Part shown: positions 49,948 through 63,093 of the stretch, in pieces
How positions within the stretch are numbered: the stretch's first letter is position 1
How the letters are laid out: each line of letters starts with the position of its first letter
Made by a program: the position numbers and the translations under genes
Notes under the pieces: model-generated
What the model was told of the DNA's origin: nothing
Databases searched by the model: none
What the model saw: the letters and a program-made list of their open reading frames with translations, nothing else
Assembly (NCBI GenBank): GCA_016748015.1
Contig: JAAOMT010000659.1
Location: 313,222 to 377,221 of the forward strand
Length of the DNA stretch: 64,000 bases
Direction of reading: 5' to 3'
Origin: Geosiphon pyriformis uo1
Taxonomy: Eukaryota > Fungi > Glomeromycota

Positions 49948-52900
49948 TTATAACTTGCCCTAAAAATGAATAGGAGTATAAGTATATATCAAAAAAATTA
50001 ATTGAAGTTTTCCAAATTTACTTACTTGGAGACATAGTTCTTTAAGAAAGATATGAAAAAAAATAAAAATTCAGAGGTTAGTATTTCCGATAAGTTATTT
50101 CTGACGATCAGCTTATTACTACTGTGATGCTTCAAATGACTGGAAAACTTCATATAGGCAAAAAGAATATTCACACTCTAATTGTTTCTTTGAAATCATG
50201 AATCGTAATCCAAAAGTTCCTCCAAATCCATTATGACAGCAACCAATTTGTTCTGTGACAAATGAAAACGAATTCTTAAATAGTTTGGAAAAACTTACCT
50301 ATAACGTTGTTTATATAATCTTTTTTCGGACTCATATCAATATTAAAGTATTGTGATAAGTCATCACGAACTTGTTTTTTGGTGATGGACATTAGGTTGG
50401 CAGTGGACAAAATGTTTCTGACTTCTTGAAGAATTTCATCATCAGAGGGGAAAGAGCTATCCATCACTGAGCCAGTATTAAAGTAGGAATCTACAGCACT
50501 GATAGGTCGAGAGTTAGGCGAGCTGCTATTGTACGGATCGGTGGAATATGCCCGTGAATGTCTTGGATCACTGCCAACAAATGAGCGCCTGACTTGTTCT
50601 TCATATGGAGGAACTGGAGAACGATCTTGAGCTATATTAATTTAAGAGACGTATGGAAAAGATTGCGTTAATTCATAATGTACAAAATAGGTTCTAATAG
50701 ACCATGTATATTATTGATACTTCAGTCAAAATAAGAAACAGGTCACTTGGCTCAAAAAAAATATAACCAAACCTCGTTTACGTTCTTCGTAGATTTCATA
50801 TGTAGATGTTGCACGAGAGCCAGCGAGAGAACCACCTTTCTTTGTAGATCGATGGCTATGATAAGATCGATCAGATCCTCGTGAATGGGCTGATTCTTGA
50901 GAGCCAGTTGTACCAACTTCCCATAATTCCTGTTCGTAATCTGACCATTTCTTTTTCGGAATGCTTTTAGGATCAAATTTCCCTTCGTCCGTAATCAAAA
51001 TCTTTTTGCCCTTTTCGCCAACAACTACGCGAGTGTTACCCCATGAAAAATCATCAAAATGCCAGAAAGCATAGATCGGAAGAAAGAAAGAAAATACAGG
51101 GATGGCAAGGATATATACAATCATCCAACCAACGTGCTCCCATTTTCGGCGTAGAATAAATATGATTGCTTGCAGACCTAATGGATGAAATTTTCGAAAC
51201 GGAAAATATGATTAGAATTCGCAAATGATATAAAATACAATTTGGTTCGCTAATGCAAAGTTTGACTTATTTGAACTCAAATTCTTGAGCAAACTGATCA
51301 TTTAAAGGTGTTGTGAATTGTCAATTAAGACTCATCAGAAATTACCGTATACGGCAGCCAGCAATAATAGGGATGTGATCGGAATAGTAGAAGGATCATC
51401 GATGATGGTATAGATAAGATAGCCGAGGTATGCAACCGTTGCCGGCATGACCAAAGTAGCAAATAGATCGAGCATGACAACAAAACGCATAGAGAAGCAG
51501 CAAAAACCACAAAGTTGAGGCAAGAACATCAACTCCATTAAATTATGAACCGTAGAATTAATCCAACGACGGCGCTGAGAAAGAAGAACGGACCATTGAT
51601 CAGGTGCACTAGTTTTGCATTGAGCGTCTGGGACAAAAGTCATTTTGTTTCGCGGGAAATGTTTCATCATAAGAGTAGTCAAATAACGGTCTTCACCAAG
51701 GTGAAGCAAATTCTTTTTGTGAAGAGTATCGACAAGATTTTCAGAATAATCGCTAATCAAGTCATTTGCAATTAACAGAGGTTTATGGGTATCGGGAGTA
51801 CGGACTCTGTACATGCAGAAACAACCAGGTAAACAGGTAACACTTCCAAAGAGGGATTCGAAAGATTTGGCCAAATGATGAGAAATAAAGTATTCGTAAA
51901 CTTGAATCATAGTAACCCATGAATCTTTTTCGTTGGCAAGCGTTGTTTCACCGCAAAGTCCCATCACTCGTGTATCATGCATGAAAGCGGAAACAAGTCT
52001 ATTTAAAGAGTCCGGTAGAGCTTCCGTATCGGCATCCACCATCAATACATATTCGTAAAAGCTAGGGTTGACACCAATAACATTTTTTATTTGATGATAC
52101 ATCTCCAGTTCTATTGGCGTCATTTCTGAATTGAAATGAACCTTATTGAGGAAACGCATTAAGATCATCTGAGAGTCACGTTTTCCACGGTTGCCAGGCC
52201 TTGCTCGTTCGGTTGGCTTACCAACTTTAACGACAACCAAATATGGAACAACGTGTCCGCTACATTCATAAAGTCCAGAATAAACCTTGCCCATATTATG
52301 CTGTTTTCCACCGTCGCCAAGAGATAAGAAGCTAAGGGGCTCTGGATCAACATTTGGATCGACGCCCAAGATATCCAATACAATACGAGGGGTAGGACGA
52401 TCATTACCACTTCCAACAATCATACCATCACATATAATAAATAGTAGCTTCCGTTTGTCATCATATCGAAGTACAGCAAGGGAATCTAAAGTTTTCCGTA
52501 GAGAGTCTTCACCTTCCGTATAACATGGAATCTGACATATGACGAATTTGTCATGATCTTCGGGCTCACGCTTCGGCCCAAGTTGCAATGCTGCCAAAAA
52601 TTTGAAGGCGATAACAGCTACCAAAAGTCCGGAAGCGATTAAAAGAATATAACGTGAGAACAAACATTGAGGGGAATTTCGATGATCAACTTTGCCAATA
52701 TAAAACAAATTACGCAGGCATGTAAGTTGTGATCTACGCCCTTTAGAGGTCATTGGCAACTTATTAAACTTTTTGGTAATGTCTTTGCCGGATTCCTTGC
52801 TGAAGAGATCGACAATTAAATTATCCATAAAGTTTGTTTGACCTAGTGCTTCGTTAGTATTACCAGGACCAACATAACTACGTCCACCTAGGACATAGGT

Positions 52901-55900
52901 TGTGAGGTCGTAGACATTGTCATTGAGAATTGCAACTTGCTTTTGTTGAGATGTAGCCAAGTCTTTGACGCTTTGAGGGGAAATGCCTTTCTGACCAACT
53001 AGATATTGTGCCCTTAATTCTACCATTTTTTCAAAATACCAATCAGGGCGATAATCATCGGTAGAATATCGAAAATCATGATAACGAGCATTGGGATCTT
53101 TGGTATTGTTCAGATTAAAGTCGAAGGTAACAGCTCGATCCACGCCATCCCCATTAGGACCGTCACAAAGAGCGCTGACTTGAATTGGGAATAGTGTAGT
53201 GGCATCCAACCCGCCATAGTTCAAGATTTGCTTTTGATCAATCAGATTAGGAGGATAATGTCTAGGAGCGAATTGCGACAAGGAAAATACTTCGCCACGG
53301 ATTGCCACTAATACATCATTTTTATTGCCTTTGACACTGTGCTCTGACAATTCGGCATTATTATAAATATATACTCGTGGACAAATGAGTCTTCCCAACA
53401 CCGCGATGATAAAGATAACAATGAGCGAGATAAACAAAATGACAATACAAAGTGCAACTTTTTCACGCCACGCCATCTGAATATCCTTTCGCTTCATCCC
53501 TCCACACCAACTCAAGCAAAATGGAGGAATATACCAAGTAAGTAACCATGTAATGAAAACCCATTTCTTGCGAGCTACTGTTGTCTGATGTTCCTCCTCC
53601 ACTTCCTCTTCAGTCACCACTTTCTCTTCTTCAGGCAACATTTTCTTCATTTCCAACTCACGAAACATATTGTGTGATGGTGCATATACCTCTGAACCAT
53701 AAGCTGAAACAGTATCATACTGACTGTAGGCTTCATCTTGGTAAAGTTCATCTTCAGAGACGTAAGACCGCGCTTCATCACCAGATATATTGGATTGGGA
53801 TTCTAATTGACGTGGTGGTGAACGACGACGAGTATCTACTAGATCTTGATTCGAAGGATAGGAATGACGCGAAAGCCCATCATCACTTTGATTCCCATAA
53901 TCAGCTACCTTTTGACCTTTCTTTCGCCTTTTGTCTTCACTGTCCATATTTCGAAGATTATCTTCTAAAGTACGCCATGCATTTTCGCTAAGATAAGTCT
54001 AAAGGATGAAAAATTTTTGGTCAAATAAGAAATTTTCGTATTTCTTATTTTGTTAATAAGCAATAAAAGTCGACATACCTTCGTATATCCAACAGCTATA
54101 TCTGAAGAACCCCAACCGAAACTGGAGCCAGACGCCTCCACTTTTGCCCTTGAATCTCGCGCTGGTTCAATGACTGCCGGATCCAAGATAGCATTATATC
54201 GTTCCAAAAATTCATCATGTGGAAAACCAATAGTATATTGGACTTTTAATTTTTTAGCAATCTCAGCCAATCCTAAAAATCGCACTTGACTATTGATAAC
54301 CTTTTGATCGATTTGATTCGGGAGTTGGGCATCATTGGGCCTTATACAAAAAACGTACCAAGGTGTCGTCTCTTCAAGAGTTTCGCACAATTCGTTTAAC
54401 GCAGATTGAACTTGAGTAGCAACACAAGTAACTTTTGGTTTGCTTGTTTCCTCTGATGATGGTTCTTTTTTCTTTCGTCGCATAGACGGTGCACGCATTG
54501 GTTTTACTGATTGTTGGGCAGCAACGATAGTATTATCGTTACGTGGGTGAGTTTCAGTTGCGACAGCTGAATCGGTAAATAGACCGGCAATGAAATTATT
54601 GTAGGTCTGTGTAGCATCAGTGCCACCACGGAAGAGTGCAACAAAATCCCCACTAAGATTATCAATGTTCTTTTCTAAGAAGCCGATAGAATGATATGTT
54701 ACCTGTCCCGCATAATGTTGAATGCCGAATTGTGGTAAAGAATTTAAACTTTTTCCAGTAGGTGTGTAGGAGCTATGTTCGGAATACTTTTTATTAAAAG
54801 CGTCCAACATCGTCTGATCAGTTTTGCGGTTGGATTTGTTGGCTTGATCATCCATGATGGCAATTAAACCTGTGGTTGGTTTGGTCAACATCTCCAAACA
54901 AGCAGTATTATCGAACCATTCCACATATGGAATTGTGTTTATCCCTTCAGTCCTGAATTCATCATTCCGTGCCTCGAATACCTGGTTCAAAATAAAGTTG
55001 TGGATTTTCTCGTTGGCGAAATTAACACAGAATTGATCAAGTGAATTAGTGGCTAAATTCTGGAAACCAACTAGGTCAACAATTCCAATAAAACTGGCAA
55101 AATTGTCATGACAAAGTTTAGTGTTAATATATTCAACAATCCAGCTGAATAATAATGAATACAAAGCCTTTGCCAAATCATCCCGTTGAATTGATGCATT
55201 CTCAACGTCCAAAAATATGGTGCACATCTCTTTCTTTATTAGCTTCGTCTTGTAAGTGAGCACAGTTTCGAGAGAACGTGCTTCAACTCCCAAAAATTCT
55301 GCGACCAAGTCAAGAGTTTCGACGTTCTTGACAAACGCGGCGTCCTGTTGTTTATTGACGTCTTGGGAAAATTGAATATTACCCAAGTGCAAGATAGCAG
55401 CTAAAAGTTGGAACATTTGAGCGACATGTTTTTTGTGAAAACCTAATGACTTCAAAGCTTGCTTTAATTCAGCGAAATTGTTCGTATCATCGCTGTTTGA
55501 GCCTCTTATGCCTTTGTGAACATTAAGATATCTATAATGTGAAGGTTCAGCAAGATGAAGATGAGCCTTTTCGTCATGAGAAGCACCGGCAAGAAGATAG
55601 TAAAACACGTGAAAGTTGCGCTCATTCGAGAGCACACTGGCTAGGCGGTTTTTTTCTAATAAGTAATCCAAAGTTTTTGCGCCAATTAATCTCCCGCGTT
55701 CGTTGAATTGAAGTTCGGTGTATTTTCCAAATCGTGAAGCATTATTATTATGTAGTGTTTTTGCGTTGCCAAAAGTTTCAAGAATGAACTCTGAAAACGG
55801 AACTTGATTTTGAATTCGTGAGGTTTTCTTTTGATGCGCGCTCAAGGCTGCGAGTTGTTTGACGAGTAATTTTCGAGTTTCAGATTTTCCACTACCGGAT

Positions 55901-56352
55901 TCACCACTATCAATGATGATTGAAAAGAAGCGAATACGTTACGCTAATGTCCATCACGTAAATAAAAATAGATAATACAACGTATTCAAAGATAAAATTT
56001 GTATTTTTATGGTTGTTCCTTGCCTCAAGATGATGGACTGATCCTGCCCAGTTCGTCGCATATGCAGATAAGCTTGGGAGGCTATCTGAAATGCGTGCGG
56101 TGGTAAGGGAGTTCGTTGGCCAGAGGTGTCTTTATAGTCTGCAACGTATTCCTGCACTGTAGCTTCACTAAAGATAGGAAGTTCATTGTAAGGATTGATG
56201 GCGACAAGAACCGATTGGCTTATACGAGTATATATAGAATCTTTTTGATAACGGTCTTTAATAAAGGTTGTTATAGATTCTGGGGAGATTGATTGTAGTT
56301 TTGTGATGTCGGTTTTGTCCTCACTTGATAATTTTGTTTTTCCCTTGGCCAT
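49948..56352 (-). CDS. Class V chitin synthase with N-terminal myosin motor, cytochrome b5-like region and C-terminal DEK_C, 7 exons
   Basis: [10 protein letters not shown]-loop, [38 protein letters not shown]. Exons 56352-56024, 55906-54079, 53998-51346, 51177-50773, 50631-50299, 50039-50026, 49959-49948 (ends IELCLQGKL*). Confidence 0.95.
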
Positions 56353-56908
56353 TTTTTTATTAAGTTGGGTAGACCTCGGAGTGGAGTTGTTCAAATATTA
56401 AAGGGAATGAGGTCTATATTCTAGTGAATACTTTTTCAGTATATAGGGTTTCTTTTATAATTTTCTATTAAAAACGTTACTATTAATACAAGTTTCAAAA
56501 CGGGGAAGAAACAAAATGTAGTAGGGGTAGAGCGTCCTATTAAAAGCCAGCTTAAAATATATTGTGTAACCGGGCGCAATCAAAATTATTTTAACTTCAA
56601 AATTATATGAACAAATTTAGTATTCAACTTCGCTGAATTTGTCTAGCCTTCGTGAATCCTGCAAAATAAGTTAAGGGTTTTTTAACATTAGCTAGTGAAA
56701 TTATGAGGAGTCAAAAAGCGGATAAATGATATAACCTATTTTATCGACCTAATGCAATGCTGCACTCAATTAAAGCTTTCTTTCCTTTTTCAGTTAGTTG
56801 TATTATTTACCAGATTGAGCAAGATCCAACTTTTGTTAAGATATGTCTGTGGTTGTGTCTGATTTCGCTGAAGTTTCACAGTTTATCAATCCGCGTAGTA
56901 CCTAAACT
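56353..56908. promoter_or_regulatory. Putative bidirectional promoter between chitin synthase and the fluG-like gene
   Basis: 556 bp between divergent start codons. Confidence 0.55.
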
Positions 56909-59900
56909 ATGGAGAAAACTTTTATCGATGTTGTTTTTAATTTTCCAATAATTGACAACCATGCTCACCCTTTGCTTAAAAAAGAAGCTTGGCTCTCTTT
57001 TCCTCTCGAGTCAGCCTTTACAGAGGCACAAACAGGAACACAAGCCTCTCAAGATTCACTGCACTCCTTAGCACTCAAATCAGGCTTAAAAAAGCTTATA
57101 AAACTGAGTTCTAATGTCTACGGCTCTGAGCTTTCGCTTGAAGCTGTTCGGCGGCAACGTGACAATAGCTCGTTAGAGCAATGTAGCGAAGCGTGTTTTA
57201 AAAGTCCTAAAGTCAACATTCAATGTGCTTTGTTCGACGACGGCCTGTATGGTGACTTTCAACCTATAAAGGACCATATTGGATTGGTTCAGGAAGTACG
57301 TCGTGTGGTTAGAATTGAACGAATTGCCGAAGATATTGTGTTAAATCTAGGTCAAAACCCACCTCGCGAAAACCTACTCCAAAAATTTGAAGATACTTTA
57401 AAAGAACAACTTATTGTTTTAGCAAAATCTAACGAGGTGGTTGCATTCAAATCTGTTGCCGCTTATCGAACTGGTTTAAGCATCGAAATTCAAGTCGATA
57501 GGGATCAAGTTTCTCGTTCTTTGATGGAGCTTTCCAGCAAGTCCGAGAGCTTCCAGAATTCTCAACCACTCCGAATCAATGACAAGGCCCTAATCGATTT
57601 CATTGTTAATCTTGGTATTAAGATTGCCAAAGAGTATGGAAAACCGATCCAATTTCATACAGGTACATTTTAATATAGGTTCAGTCTTTTTGTAGTATCA
57701 AAAAATACAAATCAGGAAATTACATTTCTCCAACCTCAATTTCGAAACCTGTGCAACTATACCATAAATATTTAGAGAACAATTTTTGCGAAAGTTATAA
57801 TACTAGTTAACAATACTTGCAAAATTATAGGCTTTGGTGACAACGATCTTGACCTTTTCTACAGCGACCCAGTTCATCTCAAGAATTTAATTGAGCATAA
57901 TTTGGATGCCAAAATTGTCCTCTTACATTCCGCTTATCCTTATACACGCCAGGCCGGGTTTCTTGCCTCGGTATTTAGTTTGCCTAATTAATCTTATTAA
58001 GGCCTAAGATCTTTGTATGCTAATAATATATTTCTGTGCGATCAGGTTTATTCTAATGTATACTTGGATGTCAGGTCTGTGGGTCAACATTTGGCTTAGA
58101 GAATCCCAATTTTTCATAACCAAGTTTAGCAATTTTAGCTTGATTTTCTCTAAGCTCTCCCACTTTGCCCAATTGGAAATATTACGTGAAGCGATATCAC
58201 TATGCCCTACTAATAAGATATTATTTTCTACAGGTAAGTAATAGTAAAATACTAAAATTTTACAGTATAAAAGGCTAAATCGTTTTTGTGACAGATGGGC
58301 ATCATATACCCGAAACATTCTATTGTGCTGTTGTTGAGGTAGATATACATAATTAAAGCACAAATGTTGGTGCTTTGTTACTTTTGATTGAATTGACTCA
58401 GTGTTGCCACAGCCACGGGCTTAGTTAATTGGATTAATTTATATTAACCAATCAAATTTATTTGGAATTCCTGATAAAAACAGGCGAGGGAAGCTTTGGC
58501 AAAGGTTAAACCAAAATCTTTTGCGAAAAAAAAAAGTTTAAGCATCGAATATATTCAAGATTATAACCTATCTATAACAGGTTTTAAAACAATCTGTTGA
58601 AGCTGGCGAGCTCAATTTTCAAGAAGCTACTGACATTGCCAAAAAGGTTTTGTACGTATTGAAAGTTTGGAATCATTTTATTTTAATTGCAAAAATGCTA
58701 AAAACAAACAATTTTTTGATCAAGGTTTTATAACGCTAACTCCTTGTATAACCTCTCACTCGCCCCTATTTTGGCTGTCAAAGGATCTAATGATTTTTCT
58801 AATGAATCCGCTGAAACCATAGATAGATTACGCGCTGATGGTAAGAGAATAATTTTTTGATTGTTCCTTTCACCTATACTCACTTAAAAAATGGATAATT
58901 TCAGGTGTAAAGGTTGTCCGTCTCAGCTTCACTGATCTGAGCAATATTGAACGTGTTCGTATGGTTCCGATCGATCGATTTAAATCCCACACAATTACAG
59001 ACGGCATTTCAGCGGCCAAAGTAGTGGTTTGTCTCCCTTACTATGCAGATCACATTGCGCCAAATACTCTTGGGTCTGCTGAAGAAATGTTATTGAAGCC
59101 TGACCTTAGCACTCTCAGGAGAATTTTTCATCCAACACAATGTCAAGTCAGTGTGTTCATGGTAGATAAAGTTGATGGTGAACCATTCGAACTATGCCCA
59201 AGGAACTGTTTGAAGAGAATTCTAGATACAGCATACCAGGAATTCGGTCTTTCTTTCTTGATTGGATTTGAATCGGAGTTTCTTTTGCTAAAAAAAAGTT
59301 CAGCGAATGAGAATATATACATCCCAGTCAATAAAAGTGCTTATTGTTCAAGTGCGTCTTTCTTTGATGTTTCGGTAAACTCAACTCTGGAAGAAATTGT
59401 TGACATTCTTCATCAGCAAGATATTGTAGTGGAACAGGTAAATGTTCGTTTCCAAACCCCCCCCCCCCCCCCCCCCAAGATTCTTAATGCCATTTAAAAC
59501 TCTAATCTATAAAAGTTTTTGATTTTAGTATCATTCTGAATCGTGTGATGGTCAGGTAAGTGATATTGGTTCTTTGTTTCAACAATTATTTTTTGTACTA
59601 AAGCTTTATTGACTTCCATTTTTTCCCTTAGTTTGAGCTCGTCACAGGCCCATATCCAGCACTGGAATCTGTTGATAAACTTGTCTTGACACGTTCCACT
59701 ATTTCTGGAGTTGCAGCCAAACATGGAATGAAAGCCACCTTCATTCCCAAATTTCTTGCTGATCAAGGTGAGTTCTGATACCAAATATTTTGGGAGTCCG
59801 TCAGTTGTTAACTATTTTGCTAATGCCATCTTTTTCCTCATATTGTTTGATAGCTGGTACTGGAGCCCATCTACATCTTTCTTTAAATTCGGAGAAGCCA

Positions 59901-60816
59901 CTTCCCCCATCAGATAATTTAAATGGATTATCTAGCTTGGATGAATCTTTTATCGCAGGAGTACTTAAACATATTAGGGCATTGTCCGCTCTAACATTGC
60001 CTACATCTCACTCTTATACTCGCCAAGTTGATGGAGCCTGGTCGGGGTCAACTTATGTTGCTTATGGCTATGAAAATCGGTATTTTAGCACCCTATTCAA
60101 CATTTAAATTTATCAAAACAAGTTTACATTAATTCACTCCGTTTTCCATTTGATATTCTTCATCAGGGAGACTCCAATTCGTATTTGTTATCGTAAAAAC
60201 AAGAATTCAGAGGGTGGTTCATATAATCTTGAAAACCGCTTCATCGATTGCACTGCAAATCCCTATTTGGTAAATATTCATTGGTCCTATTAAATATTTT
60301 ACTTTATGATAATATTATGGCAAAAAAATCTACAGGCGACGGCCGGTATCATTGCTGCAGGTTTATCCGGTATCAGAGACGGTTTAAATTTGAGTTCGAT
60401 CAAGCCATTAAATGGTAAACTAGACCGCTATCAACTAAATTATCCTTTTCGCTATCAAATAATTCTTCGTGTTTACATAATTTGAAAATCCGTTTTATTC
60501 TAAAGCCGATCCCTCAGGTCTTTCGCAAGAAGAACTTGCTGCACACGGTGTCACTCAACGGATGCCTAGGAGTCTCAAAGAAGCCTTGGAAGAGTTTAAA
60601 AATGACGGGTTTTTGCAAAACACTTTGGGTGAACTCTTGGCAAAATGTTACCTTGGAGTGAAAGAGGTAATTTTACTTGAAATTTGATATATTCATTATT
60701 TTATTGAAAATTCTAACGCAGAATGATCCTATCAATATGTAATCAAGGATGAAATGGCCTATACTAGTGGCCTTTCCAGTGAAGAATTAATACAAGTGTT
60801 GTTAGCTCGGTATTAA
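56909..60816 (+). CDS. fluG: FluG/NodGS-like amidohydrolase-glutamine synthetase fusion, many short exons
   Basis: IIDNHAH, AFKSVAAYRTGL, IQFHTG|FGDNDL, LLHSAYPY, KILFST|DG; GS-like GFESEF, EQ|YHSESCDGQ|FEL, GTGAHLHLS, YGYENR|ETPIR, ENRFIDCTANPYL; stop TAA at 60814-60816. Confidence 0.9.
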
Positions 60817-61428
60817 TGTACCTAACGGTTTTCTGGGATTCAGACATGAAGCTTCTTTTACTAGTTTATTTTAAATATTTCGATCATTTGTATGCAGTTA
60901 AATTAGATCAAAAGCATCTATAATCGCGTGATTGATTCTTGTCGATTTCCATGAAATTCTAGAAAACTATAAATCATTACTGATTTGAAAAATGGAATTA
61001 GAACTTTCTGGTAGAATTTCAGCAGATCTATTCTATTGATTTGGCAAGTTGATAGGCCTCAACTTGTTTCAAATTTTTTGTGACCTAAAAACCCAATCTA
61101 GATAATCCTTCGATGTGCACAAAGCAAAGCTGCAAATTTTCCCAAATGAAAACAAATAACAAAATTTATCTTTTTTTCCATTAAATACTCGGCCTATCTC
61201 CCCAGTCATCGTCCTGGTTGTTTGTTGACTATTTATTAATTATTTGAGATGTGACCCTACAAGGAGGGTAGAAAGAAAAGTCCTTGGACCTTCCTTTGGG
61301 TGTTTCTTAGAGGGTTAAAACTCACCTTTTTCTTGTACAGCAATATTTTGAGCTATCTCTTATCAAGCTCCTTAAAATTGGGTTCTTTAACTCATAGTAT
61401 TCGGCCTTTTATTTTATAACGTAAAAAA

Positions 61429-62223
61429 ATGAAGAAAATCCTTCATTTGATTCTTGTGCTTTTCCAGATACTCAACGTCTTGGGAGCGCAGAATAAACTT
61501 GGTAAACTTTTATTTTGACGCCTCGATATATTGTAATGATAATATTCTTGGTTTCTTCACTTCTTTAAAAAAGGAAAGTGAAGCTTTTTCACTTACCTCC
61601 CTCCAATACTAGCTGCAGGCAGCAACGCCAAGTATAGTCCTTTAAGAAAAAACTTAATTACAAATGATACCGATACTGGTCAATCAGTATCGAGTACTAA
61701 GGCTCCAAATATTCCGTACATACCAATTTCCACACAACAAAATACTGGCTCTGGAGCCTTGGATTTTTATTATCTCAATTGGAAAACTTCATACACAGCA
61801 GGCGAAAATTTAGATCTTTTTGTCATCCTAAATCCAGGCGCTAATCCACCCACCCAAGTGCTCATTTCGCTCTTTGATGAATACAACAGGATCAAAATAG
61901 CTGATCTCGGTGATATACCCTTAGGACAATATCAAGTGGGGGAACCCTTTGCCTTGGCCACCTGGAAAGTAGAAAATAAATTGTCGGCCAATTTTGATTT
62001 CGATTCGGGCTATTTCACCTTAGTCATGTTGTGGCAAGAGGATGGAAATGACATGATCAAGGATCGGAGGATTAAGCTAAATAAAGTCACTGCGTCGCCT
62101 GGTGGTGGACCTAATCCAGCCTTGAGTAATGCCAATAAGTCTCCCGCATCTAGGATTTCTGTAAAGATTGTCAGTTTATTTTCTGCTCTCTTTATTTTCC
62201 ACTTTTTTGCTTCTTGGTTATAA
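61429..62223 (+). CDS. Secreted, probably GPI-anchored protein of unknown family (~227 aa, 2 exons)
   Basis: Exon 61429-61501 encodes signal peptide MKKILHLILVLFQILNVLG; GT-AG intron; exon 61613-62223 in frame; Ser/Asn-containing linker and hydrophobic C-terminus. Confidence 0.75.
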
Positions 62224-62582
62224 TTGCTCACTTTAAAAAAAAAATGGAGATATTTTGATATAATTCCTCAAGTTTAAAGTTAAAATATTCATATTATATT
62301 GATTGCCTGTATTTTATGTATCTTCTATGTCTCATAAGTAGCCGGCGAGTATAATAACAGAGCAGCAAACCGCAACTCATAATCATTTCACTACTCCCCA
62401 TTTATTCTTGAAATTTCAGCCATCGATTTTTTTGGAAATGATTACTAAACGAAAAAGTCCTCAGTCAACCAGCTGGCTGGAAAAGGGTTCAGAGAGAAAT
62501 AAAAGTCAAAAGTGAACTCTGGATCGATATAACTAAAATGGTAGCACTCCTAAAGGAGATAAGGGCCCACCACAGAACTTCT

Positions 62583-63093
62583 TTATTTTTTGGTACTGTT
62601 CTTGATCTTTTTCAATTCTTTTTTGAGAGATGCAGCTTCTTCTAAAAAATAGCCGGGAAACATGAATTCCTAAATAACATTCAATGGATGAAAAAAATTT
62701 CAGGTTGTCTTGATAAATACTCCTTTTCTGGGTAACCAGTTCAAGTTTGTTCTTGACAACAAGAAAAATGTTGCTGTTGTCTGTTACTTGACGGTATATT
62801 TTCTAGCAAAAAAAGAGAATTCAAGGTATCAAACTAAGTGATTAACAATTTAGCAAAAAAAATCAATAGAAAACTCACTGCTTTCGGATGCAGTGTTTCA
62901 AGTTCCCCATCAAGCACATCTAATTCATGAATCTATTTGAGGGGTGATAAAAAATATTTTCAGGTTTGAACTTTTAGTGCTTATAACTTTTGGGAAAAAA
63001 ATTCATGAATCGATGACGCAGTGAAAAGTTCAAAACCTCTTTCTCAAGTTGAGCTAGTGTTGATTTCTTGAATTGTGCTTCTAGGGACTCCAT
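62583..63093 (-). CDS. ASDURF-like (beta-prefoldin-like) microprotein, 83 aa, 4 exons
   Basis: Exons 63093-63037, 62932-62879, 62802-62721, 62641-62583 with GT-AG introns give MESLEAQFKKSTLAQLEKEIHELDVLDGELETLHPKAKIYRQVTDNSNIFLVVKNKLELVTQKRKEAASLKKELKKIKNSTKK*. Confidence 0.72.

Noticed and set aside
59457-59476. C20 homopolymer giving a poly-Pro ORF end
   Set aside because: Lies inside a fluG intron; not coding
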